Below are positions 29,264 through 41,334 of a stretch of 64,000 nt of DNA, in pieces (the stretch's first letter is position 1; every line of letters starts with the position of its first letter). The translations under genes and the position numbers were made by a program. The stretch spans positions 2,496,001 through 2,560,000 of the forward strand of contig CAWGMQ010000004.1 in assembly GCA_963823665.1 (NCBI GenBank). Reading direction: 5' to 3'. This stretch comes from an uncultured Planctomycetota bacterium. Its GTDB lineage: Bacteria; Planctomycetota; Planctomycetia; Isosphaerales; Isosphaeraceae. Below the pieces are notes generated by a model, which did not search any database, was not told the origin of the DNA, and saw only the letters and a list, made by a program, of their open reading frames with translations.

Positions 29264-29572
29264 CGGTGTCAACTCCAGGTGAGCGTCTGCAAGTGGCAAT
29301 CCAGTCGAGGAAGTTCCCTCAATTCTAATCCGCGGAATCGGATACGGCTGAGAAAACTGCGGAGGAGCTGCGTCGATCGTTTTTGGATGACCAAAATAAA
29401 GTTTTTAATTATTCAGAAAAGCTCTTGGCTAAAACCGAAAGCAGAGTTATAAGTGGAATGGCAGGAATGCAGTGCGAAGTGTTGGCGACATTTCGATGGA
29501 CGTGGGGGCTGACGGGCATCCGCTCACGGGCAGCTTCCTTATTTGCTCCGCGAAGCGGTTGCATTTGCGAGA

Positions 29573-31606
29573 ATGACGATGGGGTTGGCGGGGGGGATTG
29601 GCGCGGAGCGGCGCTCACTCGAGGAAGTGCACGGGTCGATCGCGATCCCGTCGGATCGCGGGTCCGGGCGCCGATTACGCCGGTTCTTTGCCTTTTTGGG
29701 CCCGGCCTATCTGGTCAGCGTCGGGTACATGGACCCCGGAAACTGGGCGACTGACCTGCAAGGCGGCGCACGGTTCGGCTATGCGCTCATCTGGGTTCTG
29801 CTCATGTCGAACCTGATGGCGATCCTGCTGCAAACGCTGGCGGCCCGACTAGGGGTCGTGACGGGGCACGATCTGGCGCAGGCTTGTCGTGCCGAGTATT
29901 CGAGATGGGTCAACGCCGTACTGTGGGTGCTGGCAGAGGTGGCGATTGCAGCATGCGACCTGGCCGAGATCCTGGGAACGGTGATCGCGCTCAAGCTCCT
30001 GTTTGGCATTCCGCTCTTGTGGGGTTGTCTGCCGACTGCGTTCGACACATTTTTGCTGCTTTATTTGCAGCGCTGGGGAATGCGGCGAGTCGAGGCCGTG
30101 ATCCTGGCGCTGGTTGCGACAATCGGTGTGTGTTTTGCGATCCAGCTCTTTCTGGCCAAGCCCGATGTCGTCGGGGTGTTCTCGGGGCTGCGGCCAAGCC
30201 TGCCACCGGGCTCGTTGTACATCGCGATCGGCATACTTGGCGCTACGGTGATGCCGCACAATTTGTATTTGCACTCGGCGCTGGTGCAGACCCGTCGGAT
30301 CGGGACCGACGCGAAGAGCAAGTCATCGGCGTGCCGGTACTATCTGCTCGACTCGGCCCTGGCTCTCAACGTCGCGTTCTTCGTGAACGCGGCGATCCTG
30401 ATTGTGAGTGCGGCGGTGTTTGGGCGGCGGGAAATGGATGTCGCGAGCATCGAAGAAGCACACAAGCTTCTGCCGACGTTTCTCGGCCAGGCCGCGCCGC
30501 TCTTGTTCGGCGTTGCACTCTTGTGCGCCGGCCAGAGCTCGACGCTCACCGGAACGCTTGCGGGACAGATCGTGATGGAGGGGTATCTGAGCTTGCGGAT
30601 GGCGCCCTGGCTACGCCGCTTGATCACGCGGCTGATTGCCCTGTTGCCAGCGGTCGTGGTGATTGCCCTTGCGGGTGAACACGCGACCCAACGGCTCTTG
30701 ATCTTGAGCCAGGTCATCTTGAGCTTGCAGCTCTCGTTCGCGGTGATTCCGCTCATTCACTTCACGTCAAGTCGGCGGAACATGGGTCAATTTGCGACGC
30801 CATTGTGGGGACAGGTGCTGGCCTGGTGTGCGGCGGCGATCATTGTCGGCCTCAATGGGAAGCTGGTCCTCGACCAGGTTGGCGAATGGGTGGAGGCTCT
30901 GTCATCGAGCAGTAGCCGTATTGGGCCGATTCCGGTGTACTGGCCTGGCGCGGTGGGATTGTACGGGACGGTTGGCGCAGCGTTTCTGCTGCTCGTCTGG
31001 GTGACGATCAAGCCGTTTGTGCGGCCGTCCGCAGCGTGGCTGCCGAAGCCGGCCGTGAAGCTCAACTGGACGCAGTTGCTCCGGCCACGTCGCCTCGCGC
31101 GAATTGGCGTCGCGCTCGAGCACAACGCGAATGACGCGGAGATTCTGAATCGAGCACTGGGGCTAGCGCAGAGCCAGTCGGAGCCGCCGGAGCTTTTGCT
31201 GTTACACGTTGTCGACACGGCGATGACCCGGGTGCTTGGCCCGGAGACAGCGGACCGCGAGTCGGATGCCGACGAGCGATACCTGGCTGACGTCGTCGAC
31301 GCGCTGCGCGATCGCGGCTACCGCGCTCGCCCGGTTCTATTACATGGACCCAACCCCGCGGAAGAGCTGGTGACGCATCTGCGCAACGATCCGGTCGATC
31401 TGCTGGTCGTTGGCTCGCACGGCCATGGCATGGTTCGCGACTTGCTGCTGGGGCAGACGGTCGATCGGGTGCGGCACCGGCTTGAAGTACCGATGCTGAT
31501 CGCGCGGCCGGATCGGGAGGGCTCGGCGGCGGTACAATCGTCGCCTGAACAGGGGCAGGACGCAGTTGCTCCGGCCGGCGACACGAGGACTACAGTGGGC
31601 TCGTGA
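29573..31606 (+). CDS. mntH: Nramp/MntH metal transporter fused to a USP domain
   Basis: YMDPGNW, MPHNLYLHS, GTLAGQ; C-terminal LLVVGSHGHG USP motif. Confidence 0.92.
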   Translation: MTMGLAGGIGAERRSLEEVHGSIAIPSDRGSGRRLRRFFAFLGPAYLVSVGYMDPGNWATDLQGGARFGYALIWVLLMSNLMAILLQTLAARLGVVTGHDLAQACRAEYSRWVNAVLWVLAEVAIAACDLAEILGTVIALKLLFGIPLLWGCLPTAFDTFLLLYLQRWGMRRVEAVILALVATIGVCFAIQLFLAKPDVVGVFSGLRPSLPPGSLYIAIGILGATVMPHNLYLHSALVQTRRIGTDAKSKSSACRYYLLDSALALNVAFFVNAAILIVSAAVFGRREMDVASIEEAHKLLPTFLGQAAPLLFGVALLCAGQSSTLTGTLAGQIVMEGYLSLRMAPWLRRLITRLIALLPAVVVIALAGEHATQRLLILSQVILSLQLSFAVIPLIHFTSSRRNMGQFATPLWGQVLAWCAAAIIVGLNGKLVLDQVGEWVEALSSSSSRIGPIPVYWPGAVGLYGTVGAAFLLLVWVTIKPFVRPSAAWLPKPAVKLNWTQLLRPRRLARIGVALEHNANDAEILNRALGLAQSQSEPPELLLLHVVDTAMTRVLGPETADRESDADERYLADVVDALRDRGYRARPVLLHGPNPAEELVTHLRNDPVDLLVVGSHGHGMVRDLLLGQTVDRVRHRLEVPMLIARPDREGSAAVQSSPEQGQDAVAPAGDTRTTVGS

Positions 31607-31631
31607 CGGTTTCGCAGAATTTCCACGGGCT

Positions 31632-32196
31632 TCAACAAGGGCCGCCGAACACGAAGAGCCGGTCGTCGACCAGATCAGCCAGGCGAGGAGCCGCCGCGTC
31701 CTTGGGGGAGAGGCGGACGTCCTTGCGGGGCCAGTCGATGCCGATCGACGGGTCGTTCCAGACGATGCATCCCTCGGACTTCGGGTCATAGAGCGCGGTG
31801 CACTTGTAGTGGAAGACCGCGCACTGACCGGTGACCAGGAACCCGTGGGCGAAGCCCTTCGGGAATATAGAGCTGGCGTCCGTTCTCGAACGAGAGGGTC
31901 ATCCCGATCCATTTACCGAACGTCGGCGATCCCTTGCGGATATCCACCACCACGTCGAATACTTCACCGCGGAGGACGCTTGCGAGCTTCCCCTGGGCGC
32001 TGGGCAACTGATAGTGAAGTCCGCGCAGCACGCCCTGTTCGGAGTAGGATACGTTGTCTTGCACGAACTGCGTGGGCAGTCCCGCCGTGGCGAAGCTTCC
32101 GACGTGGAAGCTTTCGAAGAAGAAGCCCCGGTCATCGCGAAACCGGCGCGGCTCGAGGACCAGCACGCCCGGCAATTCAGTCGTCACGACGTTCAT
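31632..32196 (-). CDS. rfbC: dTDP-4-dehydrorhamnose 3,5-epimerase (frameshift ~31850)
   Basis: DDRGFF, QDNVS, LRGLHYQ, DIRKGSPTFG; other frame gives YKCT...WNDPSIGIDWP. Confidence 0.9.
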
Positions 32197-32542
32197 TCGA
32201 CGGTAGATCCGATCTAGCCAACCCCGAGCTCAAGAGAGCCGACCATCCTTGTTCCTCGATGCATCGGATCGTCTCGGGATCGGGAACCTCAGGGTGCCTT
32301 CCGGTGCAACCGGCACAATCTAACAAACCGTTCCGCCCACGTCGACGAGCCGGCCAATGTCAACCATCTGGGGCAGCTCAAGCCCTGCCGATTCGGCCAC
32401 GTACCCGGTGCAGCCCCGGTCTGGGGGAGAGGGGTTCCCTCGATTGACCTCTGGAGAGAGGTAGTTCTATAATGTCTTATCAGGCGGAAAGTCACGTCTC
32501 GTCCGGCGGATCGCCGGTCTGCGTGCAACGTGCGAGCACGCC

Positions 32543-33073
32543 ATGCCGATCACGTACTACAAGCGTTTTCGAATGGAGATTGACCTTGACGGCGCAATCA
32601 CTGGAGGCACGTTGCCGCGCCGTTTTCTCTGGGTTCCCTGGGACGAATCGCTGGTGGAACCGCATTCGCAGGTGAAATACCAGAGCTTCGTCGGCGAAGT
32701 GGATGCTTACATTTTCCCCTGCCTAGGTGACCGAAGCGGATGCCGGCGATTGATGTGTGAGATCCGGCGTAAACCCGGATTTCTACCGGGGGCCACGTGG
32801 CTGGTTGCCTGCGACGAAGGCTATGTGGGGGCGGTCCAAGGCGTGATTGACCAGGGTCCCATCGGCGCGATCCAGAACGTGGGCGTCCTGCCGGACTTTC
32901 GCGGCCAAGGGCTCGGGAAGGCACTGGTTCGTCGCGCGCTCGCGGGATTCTTTCAAGCGGGATTGCAACGGGCCTACCTCGAAGTTACTGCGCAGAACGA
33001 CAGCGCTGTCCAGTTGTACCGAGATCTCGGGTTCCGTCGAGCACAAACGCTTTACAAAGCCATACGCGACTAG
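32543..33073 (+). CDS. GNAT acetyltransferase
   Basis: VGVLPDFRGQGLG, NDSAVQLYRDLGF. Confidence 0.88.
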   Translation: MPITYYKRFRMEIDLDGAITGGTLPRRFLWVPWDESLVEPHSQVKYQSFVGEVDAYIFPCLGDRSGCRRLMCEIRRKPGFLPGATWLVACDEGYVGAVQGVIDQGPIGAIQNVGVLPDFRGQGLGKALVRRALAGFFQAGLQRAYLEVTAQNDSAVQLYRDLGFRRAQTLYKAIRD

Positions 33074-33355
33074 CAAAACCGGGGTGGAAGGGAAAAATAA
33101 AGGCTGTTCGAGCGGGTCGGCTGCCGGTTGGTGCTGACGAATGAGCGGTAGAGCGGCCGGAAACGGAGTTATTCTGTGTGGGAGGTGAGTCCCGTGTGTT
33201 CGCGGCGCTCTTCAACCGGGTAGGACGGTTGTGATAGGCTTTTCTGGTCGTGCAGACTTTCGTTTCGTCGAACAGAGCCGATGGGTTCGGCAAGAATCGT
33301 TGGCTCGTCGCGACGAAGGACACTGCGAGGTTATCCCCAAGCGTACGAGGTGTCT

Positions 33356-34627
33356 GTGCCCGCCGCATCTCCATCAACGATTCAGCAGCACACGTACCCG
33401 AACGGGCTAGTCCTGGTTGCCGAGACGATGACGGGTGTGCAATCGGCGGCGTTCACGCTACTGTTGCCGGCAGGGGCGGCGTATGAGAGTGCTCTCGGTT
33501 TGAACTTGAAAGGCGGGGCCGCGACGATGGCGGCCGAGTGGATCACTCGAGGAGCTGGGCCGCGCGACAGCCGAGAGCTTCTGACAGCGCTTGACAATCT
33601 GGGGGTCAGCCACGCCGAGAGCGCACAGACGCTGCACACGTCTCTCGCGGGTGCGACAATGTCGCGTAATCTGGTTCCGGCGCTGGAGATCCTGGCGGAT
33701 ATGGTGCTTCATCCCCACCTTGAGGATGACGAGTTCGAGCCGATCCGTGCACTCTGTCTGCAGAATCTGCGCAGCCTCGAGGACGATCCGGGCTCGAAGG
33801 TCATCTACGAATTGCGGCGTCGGCACTTTCCGGATCCGTGGGGGCGACCCTCGCCGGGGACACCGGAGGGGGTGTCGTCGCTGACGCCTGGAGGATCTGC
33901 GCGGATTCCTCGCGGCATCCTACCGACCGAACGGGGCAATCCTGGGTGTGGCGGGCGCGATCGACTGGCCGAAGGCTTCGCGACTGCGTCGGCGAGCTTT
34001 TCGGCGGGTGGAAGGCACAGCCCGCGCCGAAGGTGGTGGAGCGCCCCGCCGGTCCGCATCGCGATCACATCATCCGCGAGACGCAGCAAATCCAGATTGC
34101 GCTTGCTTATCCCACAGCGACAGTCTCGAGCCCCGACTACTACCGGGCGCTGGCCACAACGGCGATCCTGGGCGGTTATTCGTCGGCTCGCCTTTTCACC
34201 GAGGTCCGTGAGAAGCGCGGATTGTGCTACTCGGTTTACGCCGCGTATGAAGGTCAGCTCGAACGAGCGGCGATGCTGTGCTATGCCGGGAACTTCGACC
34301 GACCGGGCCCAGCAGACCCTCGATGTGGTGCTCGATGAGATCGAGCGACTGGGTGAGCGGGGGCGTGGCGCTCGACGAGCTCGAGACGATGCGAGCCGGC
34401 CTCAAGAGCTCGCTGATCATGGCCCAGGAATCGAGCATGAGCCGTTCGGGCTCGCTTGCGTCCGACTGGTTCTTCCTGGGGAGGGTCAGGCCGATCGTGG
34501 AGATCGCCGCCGAGCTCGATGCTCTGACGCCGGCGGCGGTCTCAGAGTACGCCGCGCAGATGCAGAGCGAACGGCGAACCGACGATCGTGACTCTGGGGC
34601 CCAATTCCCTGCAGGCTTCCCCCTTAA
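33356..34627 (+). CDS. M16 peptidase-like subunit without HxxEH (several frameshifts)
   Basis: YPNGL, RLFTEVREKRGLCYSV. Confidence 0.75.
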
Positions 34628-34727
34628 CTCAGGGCCGGGGTCGGCGGTTGCCGGCGGCGGCCGATGACTCGCTGCCTCGGGCACCGCTTCGATCTAACCT
34701 CGTTTCTTCTGGGAACGGTCGAATATC

Positions 34728-35969
34728 ATGCAATTTCATCACGCGACACTCGACAATGGGCTCGAAGTCATCGCCGAGCTCAACGACCGCGCGCTCTCCG
34801 TCGCCGCGGGCTTCATCGTCAAGGCCGGCAGCCGCGACGAGCCAGCCAGTGTGGCCGGCGTGTCGCACTTCCTCGAGCACATGACATTCAAGGGGACGGA
34901 TCGGCGCGACGCGGTTGCCGTCAACCACGACTTCGATCGGGTCGGTGCCAAGCACAACGCGCAGACGTCGGAAGAAGACACGTTCTATCACGTGACTTGC
35001 CTGCCGGAGTACCTGCCGCAATCGTTCGACGTTCTGGCTGACATCCTCAGGCCGACGCTTGCGAGTCGACGATTTCGAGACCGAGAAGCAGGTCATCATC
35101 GAAGAGATCCGGATGTACCTGGATAACCCCATGTCGGTGGCTTACGAAGCAGCCAAACTGGCTCATTTCGGCAATCATCCGCTGGGCAACAGCATCCTGG
35201 GCACGGTGGAATCGATCACGAGCCTCGAAGCGGACCAGATGCGCGACTACTTCGCGCGGCGGTACAGTCCGTCCAACATCGTGCTCGCGTTCGCCGGCAA
35301 TGCTGGGTGGAATCGAGCTCCTCGAACTGGCGCGCGGTCACTGCGGCAAATGGGAGGGAGGCGTCGCGACCCGAGATGCCAGGTCGTATCGGGGGTCGCC
35401 GTCATTCCGGGCGATTCTCCGCGCCGATGACCAGCAACAGACGATCGTGGCCGTCTGCAGCGGGCCGCCACTGGAAAGTGCCGACCGCTATGCGGCGCAT
35501 CTGCTGGCAACCATCCTGGGCGACCACACCGGATCGCGGCTCTACTGGACGTTGATCGACCCAGGGCTTGCCGACGGCGCCGAGCTTTCGTACCAGGACT
35601 ACAACCAGGCGGGCTCGTACTTCACGTTCTTGAGTTGTGAGCCCGAACAGGCTGAAGCCAACCTCGGCCAGATCGCCGAGCTTTACAAAACAGTGAATCA
35701 CGACGGGGTGACGCAGGACGAGCTGAACCAGGCCAAGAACAAGGTCCTGGCTCGCTCGGTGCTGCGAAGCGAGCGGCCGATGGGCCGCCTGTCGTCGCTG
35801 GGGTTCCACTGGATGTATCGCCGGCTCTATATTCCGGTCGAAGAAGAGCTCGAGGCCTATACGCCGCGTCACAATCGAAGACCTGCGGCGGCTCTTGCAC
35901 GACTGGCCGCTCTGGCCGCTGTCGATTGTCTCGGTGGGCCCGACGACCGATATCCGCCCGCCGGAGTGA
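34728..35969 (+). CDS. M16 (pitrilysin) zinc peptidase (several frameshifts)
   Basis: GVSHFLEHMTFKG (HxxEH), EKQVIIEEI. Confidence 0.85.
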
Positions 35970-35985
35970 ACGCGAGAGACGATCG

Positions 35986-37254
35986 ATGAGCTTTGTATCC
36001 CACCTGTCGTGTTCGGTCTGTGGTGCGGAGTACCCGGCGACACGGGTGATGAACCTGTGCGAGCGCGACAACCGGCCGGTCCAGATGGTACTCGATCTGG
36101 ATCGGCTCAGAAGAATGACCGGTCCAGATGGCTGGTGGAACCCGTCGCGGCGCGATATGTGGCGTTTCGGTGGATTGCTTCCCCTCGATATCAACGACCC
36201 AGTCGATTGCCGTCACGTGATGTCGCTGGGCGAGGGGTACACACCGTGCCTGCAGATACGATCATCCGCTGGCCGAGAAGCTCGGCTGCCGGCTCGAGAT
36301 CAAGGATGAAGGGAAGCACTACCGCGGATTCGGGGGTAATCCGACGCTATCGTTCAAAGACCGGGGGATGGCCATGACGGTGGCAATGGCCCGCTCGCTG
36401 GGACTTTCGAAGCTGGCGGTGCCAACCCAGGGGAACGCGGGTGATTCGCTGGCCGAATATGCCGTCGCGGCGGGAATCGAGGCAGTGATCGTCATGGCGC
36501 CGGAGACCGATCTACCGGTGCTGGGCAAAGTGGCTGCGTACGCGCGGCTTTATCCTGAGCACGTCAAGCTGGAGATTGTACCGGGAACGATCATCGACTG
36601 CGGCAAGCGAGTGCGTGAAGAGTATGTTCCGCGAGGTTATTTCAGCGTTGCAACTTTCCAAGAGCCTGGCTGGCGCACTGAAGGAAAGAAGACGCTGGGT
36701 CTCGAGATGGCCGAGCCGGCGGGCGAGGTCCAGTCAAGGGCGCTGGCAGCTACCGGATGTGATCGTGTATCCAACCGGCGGGGGAACGGGCGTGGTGGGG
36801 ATGGCGAAGGCATTTGACGAGCTCGAGGCGCTGGGACTGGTCGGCGCCGCGCGGCCGCGGATGATTTGCGTGCAGTGCACGGCCGCCACACCGATCGTGC
36901 GTGCGTTTGATCAAGGCGCAACCGACATCGAGCCGAGACCAGCCGGGGCGCACGATCGCAACCGGTCTGAACGTGGCGCAGAACCTCGGCCATATCAACG
37001 TTCTCCGAATCATCCGCGAGACAGGCGGCTGCGCCGTGTCGGTCACGGAGGAGTCGATTCGCGAGACGATTCGCGACGAATGGAGCGAGAGACGAACAGC
37101 GTGGTCGCCGGAGGGCGCGGCGACGCTCGCGGCCCTTCCCGAGCTGGCCGATCGCGGGATGATTCACCCGGGTGACCGGGTTGTGCTGGTCAACACGGCC
37201 TCGGCGGAGAAGTATCTGCCGGCGATTCGTGAGCTGCTGGACGGAGGGTTGTGA
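35986..37254 (+). CDS. Threonine synthase-like PLP enzyme (frameshifts)
   Basis: CxxC N-terminus, LGEG.TP, NPTLSFKDRG, QGNAG, EGKKT, PTGGG. Confidence 0.8.
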
Positions 37255-37261
37255 CTTTGCG

Positions 37262-38006
37262 TCAGTCAGTGCTCGGCTCGTCTTCGATGTCGGGGATCAG
37301 TCGCTCCATAACCGGCGACAGGCGGCCCAGACGGAGGACTGACGCGATGATTTCCTTGGCCCGGCGGGGCCAGGGCATCTCGCCGACACGGGTTACCGTC
37401 TGCTCGATCGGGTACTCCGCTCGCTTGAGCTCGATCTTGTTGTCTTCGATGATGGCGAACGCGGCCCGGGGGTCTCCGTCGCGCGGCAGACCGACGCTGC
37501 CCGGATTGACTACTACGACGCCGTTGACCGACAGGTTGAACTGCACGTGAGTGTGGCCAACGCAGACGATGTCGGCTTCCACGTTGTGAACGCGCTTGGC
37601 CCACATGCCCGGGTCTTTGAGCAGATATTCATCGAGAGGATCGCGTGGCGTGGCGTGCACGAGCAAGAATCGCCTGCCGTCGAGGGTGAAGCGGCGCGTG
37701 ACCGGCAACTGCAGCAGATAACGGCGTTCATCGGGCCCCAGCGCTTCCCACATCGACGGCCTGGTCGCCTTGGTCGAGATAGCGAAACCCGGACTCGCCG
37801 GTAACGGGGATGTCCTGGGCGACGCCGTGGTCGTGATTGCCCCGGATGGCATAAGTCGCATGCTTCATCGCCCAGCGAACACACGGAAGCGGATCGGGGC
37901 CGTAATCGACCAGGTCGCCGAGGCACAGACAGACGTCATACGGCTCATTGATGGCCGAGAGCGCCGCCCAGTTGGCGTGAATGTCCGAGACGACGAGAAT
38001 CCTCAT
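37262..38006 (-). CDS. Metallophosphoesterase (frameshift ~37770)
   Basis: SDIHAN, GDLVDYG, GNHD, GHTH, NPGSVG. Confidence 0.88.
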
Positions 38007-38103
38007 GCGGCAAAATCACTTGCTTTTGTTCGGGAGAGGCAGAGGAGTTATACCGAGATGGAGCGAGAACGCAACAGTTCACTCCTCCAGGATAACGAAT
38101 TGT

Positions 38104-40971
38104 TTAATTCATTTTCGACAGGAGAACGGCCAGATTGTGCCGGGCCTCGGCGTGAGCAGGATCGATTGCGAGAATCGCTCGAAGCGCGGATTCAGCGGCG
38201 TGCGGGTCGCGTCCCTCCTGGAGTAGGATATGACTGAGGATCACTCGCGGTTTCAAGGCGTGGGGATTTCTTGCGATCGGCTCCTCGAGCGCTGCACGAG
38301 CGGCCGTGAATTCCTTTCGCTTCAGCAGAGCACGAGCCTGAAAGAGGGCTGCGTCGTCGTTTGCCTCGGGTGTCTCTCGCAAACGCCGCGTCACGGCGTC
38401 GAGGTCATTCCACAGGCCCATAGCCAGGTACAGCTCGCCCAGGCCAAGCCATGCCGGGGTGAAGTCAGGCCGCTCGGCGACGACAGCTTGCCACTGGGCC
38501 CGCGCCGCGTCGAGCCGGCCTTGGTCCTGGTAGAGCACGGCGAGGTTGTGGCGGGCCTTGTATCCGCGCAGCCCTGGATCGACGCTGGCAAAGTGGTCTC
38601 GTTCGCGTGAATCTAGCAATTGCTTGAGACGAGCCTCGGCGCCGGTCCAGTCGCCCATGCCGCGAAGGATTAAACCCTCCTGAAAGAGTAACTCGGCGTC
38701 CTCGGGATAGACCTCGCGGCCATTGCGGCAGAATTCGAGAGCAGCCGTGGGCTGTTCGAGCCGCCGGTGGCACTGCACGATCAGTGCGTAGAGCTTGCGC
38801 ACGATTGAATCTGTCGGGTGCGATTGCGCCAAGCTACGTTTGAGGAGTGGAAGAGCGTCGGCCAATCTCCCCTGCTCCACGTAGACCGAGGCCATGTTGA
38901 AGAGCACAAACGGCTCATTGGGGTCTTCGGCGAGCGATTGCTCGAGCAGACGGATGTCGCGCTCGAGCTTGGCGCGGCGCAACGCAGGCGCCTGGTATCC
39001 GACGTGGCGAATGGTCACATCGGCCCATTGCACCGGGGTTCCGCGTCGGCGTAGTGATGGCATGATCTGCTCGTGAACACGATATCGCCACCGGAGTTGT
39101 GGATCGTTTCGAAACAAGCGGACGTGATCGACAACCGTGTCGGAGCCCGGCCCGAGAGCGGGGTCTGCCGGGCAGAGACATTTCATCACATAAGCAGCAT
39201 TCTCGTCTTTCAGCTCCGCGAACAGAGCACGGAGCTTCTGGCGCTCGCCTTGATCGAGCCGGTCGTCGGCGTCGAGCCAGAAAATCCACTCGCCGGTTGC
39301 ATGACGGAGCGATTCGTTGCGGGCTGCGGCGAAGTCGTCGACCCAGGGGAACTCGAAGACGCGAGCCCCCAAACGTTGGGCGATCTCTCGCGTTCGGTCC
39401 GTCGAGCCGGTGTCGACGACGATCATTTCATCCACCAAGCCGCAAACGGAGCCGAGACAATCGGCCAGATTCGCCTCTTCGTTCTTGACGATCAAACAGA
39501 GCGAGACCTGCGGCCTGGCACTCTGGGCGGCGGTGGCCGCAGGGGGCAGGCGATAGCCGGAGGAACGGGCTGGGCCCCATTTTTCGTGGAACAGCGCGAA
39601 GTTCGTCTCAAGCTGCGTCCGGCAATCGATGCCGAGAGCAGCAAAGGTACGGCTGCCGGAATGGTGGATGAAGACGTCAAGGGCGACGAGGAGACGAAAG
39701 CCGGCCTCACGAGCGCGCACGCAGAGGTCATCGTCGTCGAAGAAACCCAGGCCGAAGCGCTCGTCGAAGTTACCGATCTTGTCGAGTACCTCACGCCTGA
39801 TGAGCAAGCAGAAGCTGGTGAGGCGATCGAGCCGCATTGCGCGGCCGGCGAATTCACGGCGCCGACGGGAGGCGAAGGAATCCAGCCCGTTCAGTGTTGC
39901 GAAATCATAGTCGTACTCAACGTGCTGGGGAGAAGCCGCGGAATTACTCACGACGCCCACCAAACCGACGCTGGGCCACTCGTGGAGGGACCAGGCGATC
40001 ATGTTATCAAGCCAGCCCTCGGTAACGATGGTGTCGTTGTTAAGCAGCACGACGAATCTTCCCCGTGCGCGCTCGATCGCCTGATTGCATCCGGCAGGAA
40101 AGCCCCGGTTGGTCGCATTCGTGATCACCTCGACGCGATCCGGCTCCTGCCGCAGGCGGATCTCGTGCAAATAGCCAGGCGTTTCGTCCGTCGAGCCGTT
40201 ATCGACCAACAGTAGCTCGAAGGGGCGCCGTGTCCACCGCAGCACGCTTTCCAGGCACGCGCGGGTACATTCAATCTGGTTGCAGCACAGGATCACGATC
40301 GAGGCGCGGTCATCGTCAGAGGGTGGTGCGACGTCGAACCAGGATTCCGGCGGCACCAGCTCGGGGGCTGCTTCCGAGAGCAGCCGACGCTCGTATGCGA
40401 AGCGGCGTGCGAGCCGGCGCTCACCGGAATCGCTCAAATTGTTAAAGAGCTCGCGAGCGGCCTCGACATCGAACGGGTTATTTTCAAGAGCCCAGCCGGT
40501 GCGGTCGATCGGTTTTTCTGTGCGACGACCGGCACGTCGGCCAGCCGCCCGCGCTGTGATTGAGGGCCATTCGCGGTCAAGCAATGCGATCAGTGCGTCC
40601 CAGTCGGCTGGCGATCCGAACGAATGGATGCGTTGTGCAACCGCCCCCGCAACGATCCGGTCGCACCACTGCCAGAGCCGGCTCGCCGGGCCAGGAGCGA
40701 CATCACCGTCCGGAGCCAGGCCGATCACGGGTGGAGGCGCCGAGCACGGCCAATGCAGGGCCGGGAAGCTCCCCAGGTCGAGAAGGATGAAATCGGGCCG
40801 CCAACCTGCCGGCAGTTGCGCCTCAATCGAGGGCCAGGACGCTTCAGGCCGGGTGACGATGTCGACTCCAGGAGCGGCGCCGAATGTCAGGCACTCGCCG
40901 GAAAGGCGATGCCGTTCCGGAACTACGCGCGAATCGATCGCCAGCGGGCCGAAGAGATAACGAAGACCCAT
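38104..40971 (-). CDS. Glycosyltransferase GT2-GT2-TPR
   Basis: First GT2: VDNGSTD, LLNND, FFDDDD. Second GT2: SLCLIVKNEE, DTGSTD, LDADD, RVHEQ. TPR tail. Confidence 0.9.
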   Translation of the reverse strand: MGLRYLFGPLAIDSRVVPERHRLSGECLTFGAAPGVDIVTRPEASWPSIEAQLPAGWRPDFILLDLGSFPALHWPCSAPPPVIGLAPDGDVAPGPASRLWQWCDRIVAGAVAQRIHSFGSPADWDALIALLDREWPSITARAAGRRAGRRTEKPIDRTGWALENNPFDVEAARELFNNLSDSGERRLARRFAYERRLLSEAAPELVPPESWFDVAPPSDDDRASIVILCCNQIECTRACLESVLRWTRRPFELLLVDNGSTDETPGYLHEIRLRQEPDRVEVITNATNRGFPAGCNQAIERARGRFVVLLNNDTIVTEGWLDNMIAWSLHEWPSVGLVGVVSNSAASPQHVEYDYDFATLNGLDSFASRRRREFAGRAMRLDRLTSFCLLIRREVLDKIGNFDERFGLGFFDDDDLCVRAREAGFRLLVALDVFIHHSGSRTFAALGIDCRTQLETNFALFHEKWGPARSSGYRLPPAATAAQSARPQVSLCLIVKNEEANLADCLGSVCGLVDEMIVVDTGSTDRTREIAQRLGARVFEFPWVDDFAAARNESLRHATGEWIFWLDADDRLDQGERQKLRALFAELKDENAAYVMKCLCPADPALGPGSDTVVDHVRLFRNDPQLRWRYRVHEQIMPSLRRRGTPVQWADVTIRHVGYQAPALRRAKLERDIRLLEQSLAEDPNEPFVLFNMASVYVEQGRLADALPLLKRSLAQSHPTDSIVRKLYALIVQCHRRLEQPTAALEFCRNGREVYPEDAELLFQEGLILRGMGDWTGAEARLKQLLDSRERDHFASVDPGLRGYKARHNLAVLYQDQGRLDAARAQWQAVVAERPDFTPAWLGLGELYLAMGLWNDLDAVTRRLRETPEANDDAALFQARALLKRKEFTAARAALEEPIARNPHALKPRVILSHILLQEGRDPHAAESALRAILAIDPAHAEARHNLAVLLSKMN

Positions 40972-41334
40972 GAGCTAACCCCGCATCGACGGTGTTGGCC
41001 GCCGCCAATCGTACCGCGGACAGGCTCGTACTCATCAGACATCGGCGCAGCAGTACGGGCAAGCCCCTCTGCGCCAACTCGAGCGCCGAGAATCAACCGT
41101 TCGATGCAAAAATCGATAAAAAAAACAACATTGTTGACTCGTGCGCTCGTTATGGATTATCTCTCTCAGCGATTGGTCAGATTTGCCGACGAATTTGACA
41201 CCTGTGAATGCGTTTTCTATAGCTTGCACGGCGCCATAGATAGCGATTACTGAATAGCCTGCTTAGACATTACTCGTCGCGTACGTCGTTGCTACCTGAT
41301 CGAGATTCAGAAGACAAACCGGGAGAGTAACACC

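Noticed and set aside
29395..29445. Metal-regulator operator upstream of mntH
   Set aside because: AT-rich and plausible, but no clear palindrome I can assign.
33356..37254. Programmed frameshifting or pseudogenes in the M16/threonine synthase cluster
   Set aside because: The indel pattern is window-wide and better explained by read errors.
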